NCBI GenBank assembly: GCA_022813865.1
Contig: JALDZX010000012.1
Location: forward strand, 124,001 to 188,000
From: Xylographa opegraphella
Lineage: Eukaryota
Direction of reading: 5' to 3'
DNA length: 64,000 nt
Position numbers and translations under genes: made by a program
Shown: positions 61,399 through 64,000 of the stretch, piece after piece
How positions within the stretch are numbered: position 1 is the first letter of the stretch
Layout: each line of letters starts with the position of its first letter
The notes under the pieces: model-generated
What the model saw: the letters and a program-made list of their open reading frames with translations, nothing else
What the model was told of the DNA's origin: nothing
Databases searched by the model: none

Positions 61399-62629
61399 TC
61401 AGCGGAACCTATCGGCGAAATTGGTAGGTGCCTGTGTGGACGGCCCATCAGGGGTAACGTATGCCTTGATATACTATAAGTACCTGTCACGGTGGAGAGT
61501 ATCGAAAACCAAACCTTGGTCATGCCACCATCAACGATGAAATCCTGTCCATTAATAAAACTACTCTCATCGCTAGCGAGAAACAGTACGGCGTAAGCCT
61601 GTTCGATAGCTTCGCCAAAGCGGCCAGAAGGAAAGTGGATTTCGCGGCGATGTCTCTTGGCAGCATCATCTCCCAGCCAGTCCTGCAGTAGGGGCGTACT
61701 ACGTTCTCTGTCAGCTCTGAAAATTTGGAATGTCAAGGAGTCTTAGGTATTCTCACTTTAAGGGTGCTGGGCACAGTGCATTGAACCTAAAACCCTCCCG
61801 TGCATGTACGATCGCCAATTCTCTCGTCAAGGCAAGAACCGCGCCCTTGCTCGCCGTGTACGCTAGCTGAGGAGTTGCACTACCGACCAGAGCGACTACA
61901 CTTGCCGTGTTGATGATACTACCTTTCGTCTTCTTGTGCTTCCTCATACTGAGGACGGCATGCTTACTACCGAACCAGACCCCCTTCACATTGATGTTAT
62001 GGGTGAGATCCCAAATTTTTTCTGGGGTGTCTATAGCATCAGCATCATCGGCATGCATAATGCCAGCGTTATTGAAGATGATGTCAACCCCGCCCCATGA
62101 ATCCACGTGAGCTACCATAGCAGCGATGTCCCCCTCTTTAGAAACATCACACTTGATAGTTTCAAGACGAGCATGATATGGAATGATTTCATGGATTCTG
62201 GCGGTTGCTTTGCTCAAGGCAGTTTCTGAAATATCCGCCATCAGGACCGAAGCTCCCTCACGTAGGAAGAGAATGGTGGTCTCGAGACCAATGCCACTAT
62301 GAAAGCAAGGATATTCAGACTTTGGCAAGAAAGGGTAACTCGGTGAAGGACTACTTTAGATAACGCGCAAACCAGAGTTGAAAGCACAAACGCAGAAAGC
62401 TCGACAAGTGAATGATAAGAGTTTCGCAGTTGAACTATTAGAGCCGAGAAGCATGCGGCCAGCAACAACGTATGGCATGAAAATTTGCATAGATTTTCGT
62501 AACAGACATGGGCATCCAGATGAGTGATCAACGAGCACGAGAACGATAATCAGGACTCACTTACCCAGCTGCTCCAGTAATGATTGCATTCTTGCCTTCT
62601 AGTCGACCTTCACGACCAATGCTACCCAT
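61399..62629 (-). CDS. Short-chain dehydrogenase/reductase, 4 exons
   Basis: TGAAG|GIG across intron 62297-62564; NNAG; IINTAS; YTASK catalytic motif; [33 protein letters not shown]; last exon [11 protein letters not shown]. Confidence 0.92.
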
Positions 62630-63371
62630 GGTGAATATCTTCTTGAAACAAAGAAGAGCCTCGGGTAGGAAATGGATGCTGGCGCTCGAGACGGGAGACG
62701 GGGAAAGACGAAGACGAGAGGTAAAAAGATGAAGCGGAAGGGAGATGTAATCCCTTGCTTGAAGACAAAAGTAGGACTGAAAGCTCACTTTTACTTGAGT
62801 ATCTGCTTGTTGAAAGCCGAGGAGGTTACAAGAAAATTCAGCGAGGACAGCTTTGTTGTTTGGTCGTGCGTGTCATCGTGCTATTGCGGGAGCATTCCCC
62901 TGGTAGTCGCTCCGTTATCGTCACCCGGTTAGTCACCGCCATGCTCCGAAAGCGTTGCTTGGCGCTTCTGGAGCTTAGTAGGTATGATCGGCACATGGAG
63001 CTCCTGAAGGTACGGAGTACTGAGCGGTGACAACTACATCAATAATTCAGCGCAGTATCTTCATTGTAAAGCATTCCAAAGCATAGTCAGCTCGAATAGT
63101 ATTGCACAAGAAAGAAAGACGATCACCTTGGAAGGACTTGGCTCGGCGTTTGGAGTTTCCCCGCCCGTAAACTAACTAGGACCTAATCAGATTCAGTAAC
63201 TGCTATCACTAACTGTCGAATCGCCTACGCGTGAAGTCTTAATTGAGTTCGGCGGAACGCAGACCCTCTTGTTTGTAAGGTCGTACATTGAAGTCATTTA
63301 GCTCTGAAAGGTCGCCTAGCGACTCAGGCTTCTCTTTCGTAGTTTCTTCTGATAGGACATCGCCTCCTGTT

Positions 63372-64000
63372 ATGGCACTTTCTAAAGGTCCAACTTCGAG
63401 CGAAATCACTACGGAATCTCTACCAGATCTTCTCGAGGATGACAGCAAAGTAAAACTTGGAGGCTTCGACATTGATGGCATCATCCGCGGCAAACTCATC
63501 TCCAAGAAAAAGTTTCTGTCAGTCGCCAAGGATGGCTTCGGCTTCTGTTCGGTCATCTTTGGCTGGGACATGCATGACCAGACATATTTCAAAGAGCTGA
63601 AAATTAGCAATAAGGAGAACGGCTATCATGATATCATCGCAATCCCAGATCTGAGCAGCTTCAGGAGGATTCCCTGGGAGGACGATGTACCCTTCTTTCT
63701 TGTCAGCTTCTTCGATCCTGACACTCATGAGCCTGTCAGCGCTTGTCCAAGGGGACTACTGAAAACGGCAATGGAAAAGTTGGAAAAACAGGGTCTAAGC
63801 GCAATGGCTGGCGGTGCGTGTCATAGGCCAGCCTAAATATTTATGGAGACTTGAGCTAACAAGCAATCTATCATAGCTGAGTACGAATTCTTCCAATTCC
63901 GCGTACCGACAGACACGCATATTCCCATCTCCGAACGTAATTCGTCTGCTACGGCGAAATTTCTCAAGGAGCATCCCGTGGACAGTCTTCCAGCTTTGAC
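63372..64000 (+). CDS. Glutamine-synthetase-like gamma-glutamyl ligase (GlnA4/FluG C-terminal-like), truncated by the window edge
   Basis: DIDGIIRGK, GFGFCSVIFGWDMHD, NGYHDI.AIPDLSSFRRIPW, CPRGLL; intron 63814-63877, then AEYEFFQF. Confidence 0.88.

Noticed and set aside
62630..63371. HGATAR (AreA-type) sites in the SDR/GS-like shared promoter
   Set aside because: About three sites in 740 bp is close to chance expectation.

Overview
Eukaryotic DNA from a filamentous ascomycete (Pezizomycotina-type genes with short GT-AG introns and CTRAC/CTAAT branch sites; the species cannot be determined from this window). About 25 protein-coding genes were reconstructed by hand from the ORF track plus splice signals. 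They include housekeeping genes (ARG2-type N-acetylglutamate synthase, POP1, mitochondrial S21, SNU71/RBM25, queuine tRNA-ribosyltransferase, HOS3, class II chitin synthase), secreted/GPI proteins, a HET-domain protein head-to-head with a PLD-family gene, and metabolic enzymes. No tRNA, rRNA, CRISPR array or intact transposon was recognised. Main leads: (1) at the right edge, a divergent pair of a GlnA4/FluG-like glutamine-synthetase-family ligase and an SDR, resembling the actinobacterial gamma-glutamylation route for ethanolamine/amine catabolism; (2) a secreted CBM19-linker-SLT/lysozyme-fold protein; (3) a GC-AG intron with a competing frameshifting GT donor in the U1 snRNP factor SNU71/RBM25; (4) an otherwise intact NmrA-like gene that appears to start at ATA; (5) abrupt GC enrichment at gene 3' ends. 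All family calls come from motif recognition by eye; no database search was run.
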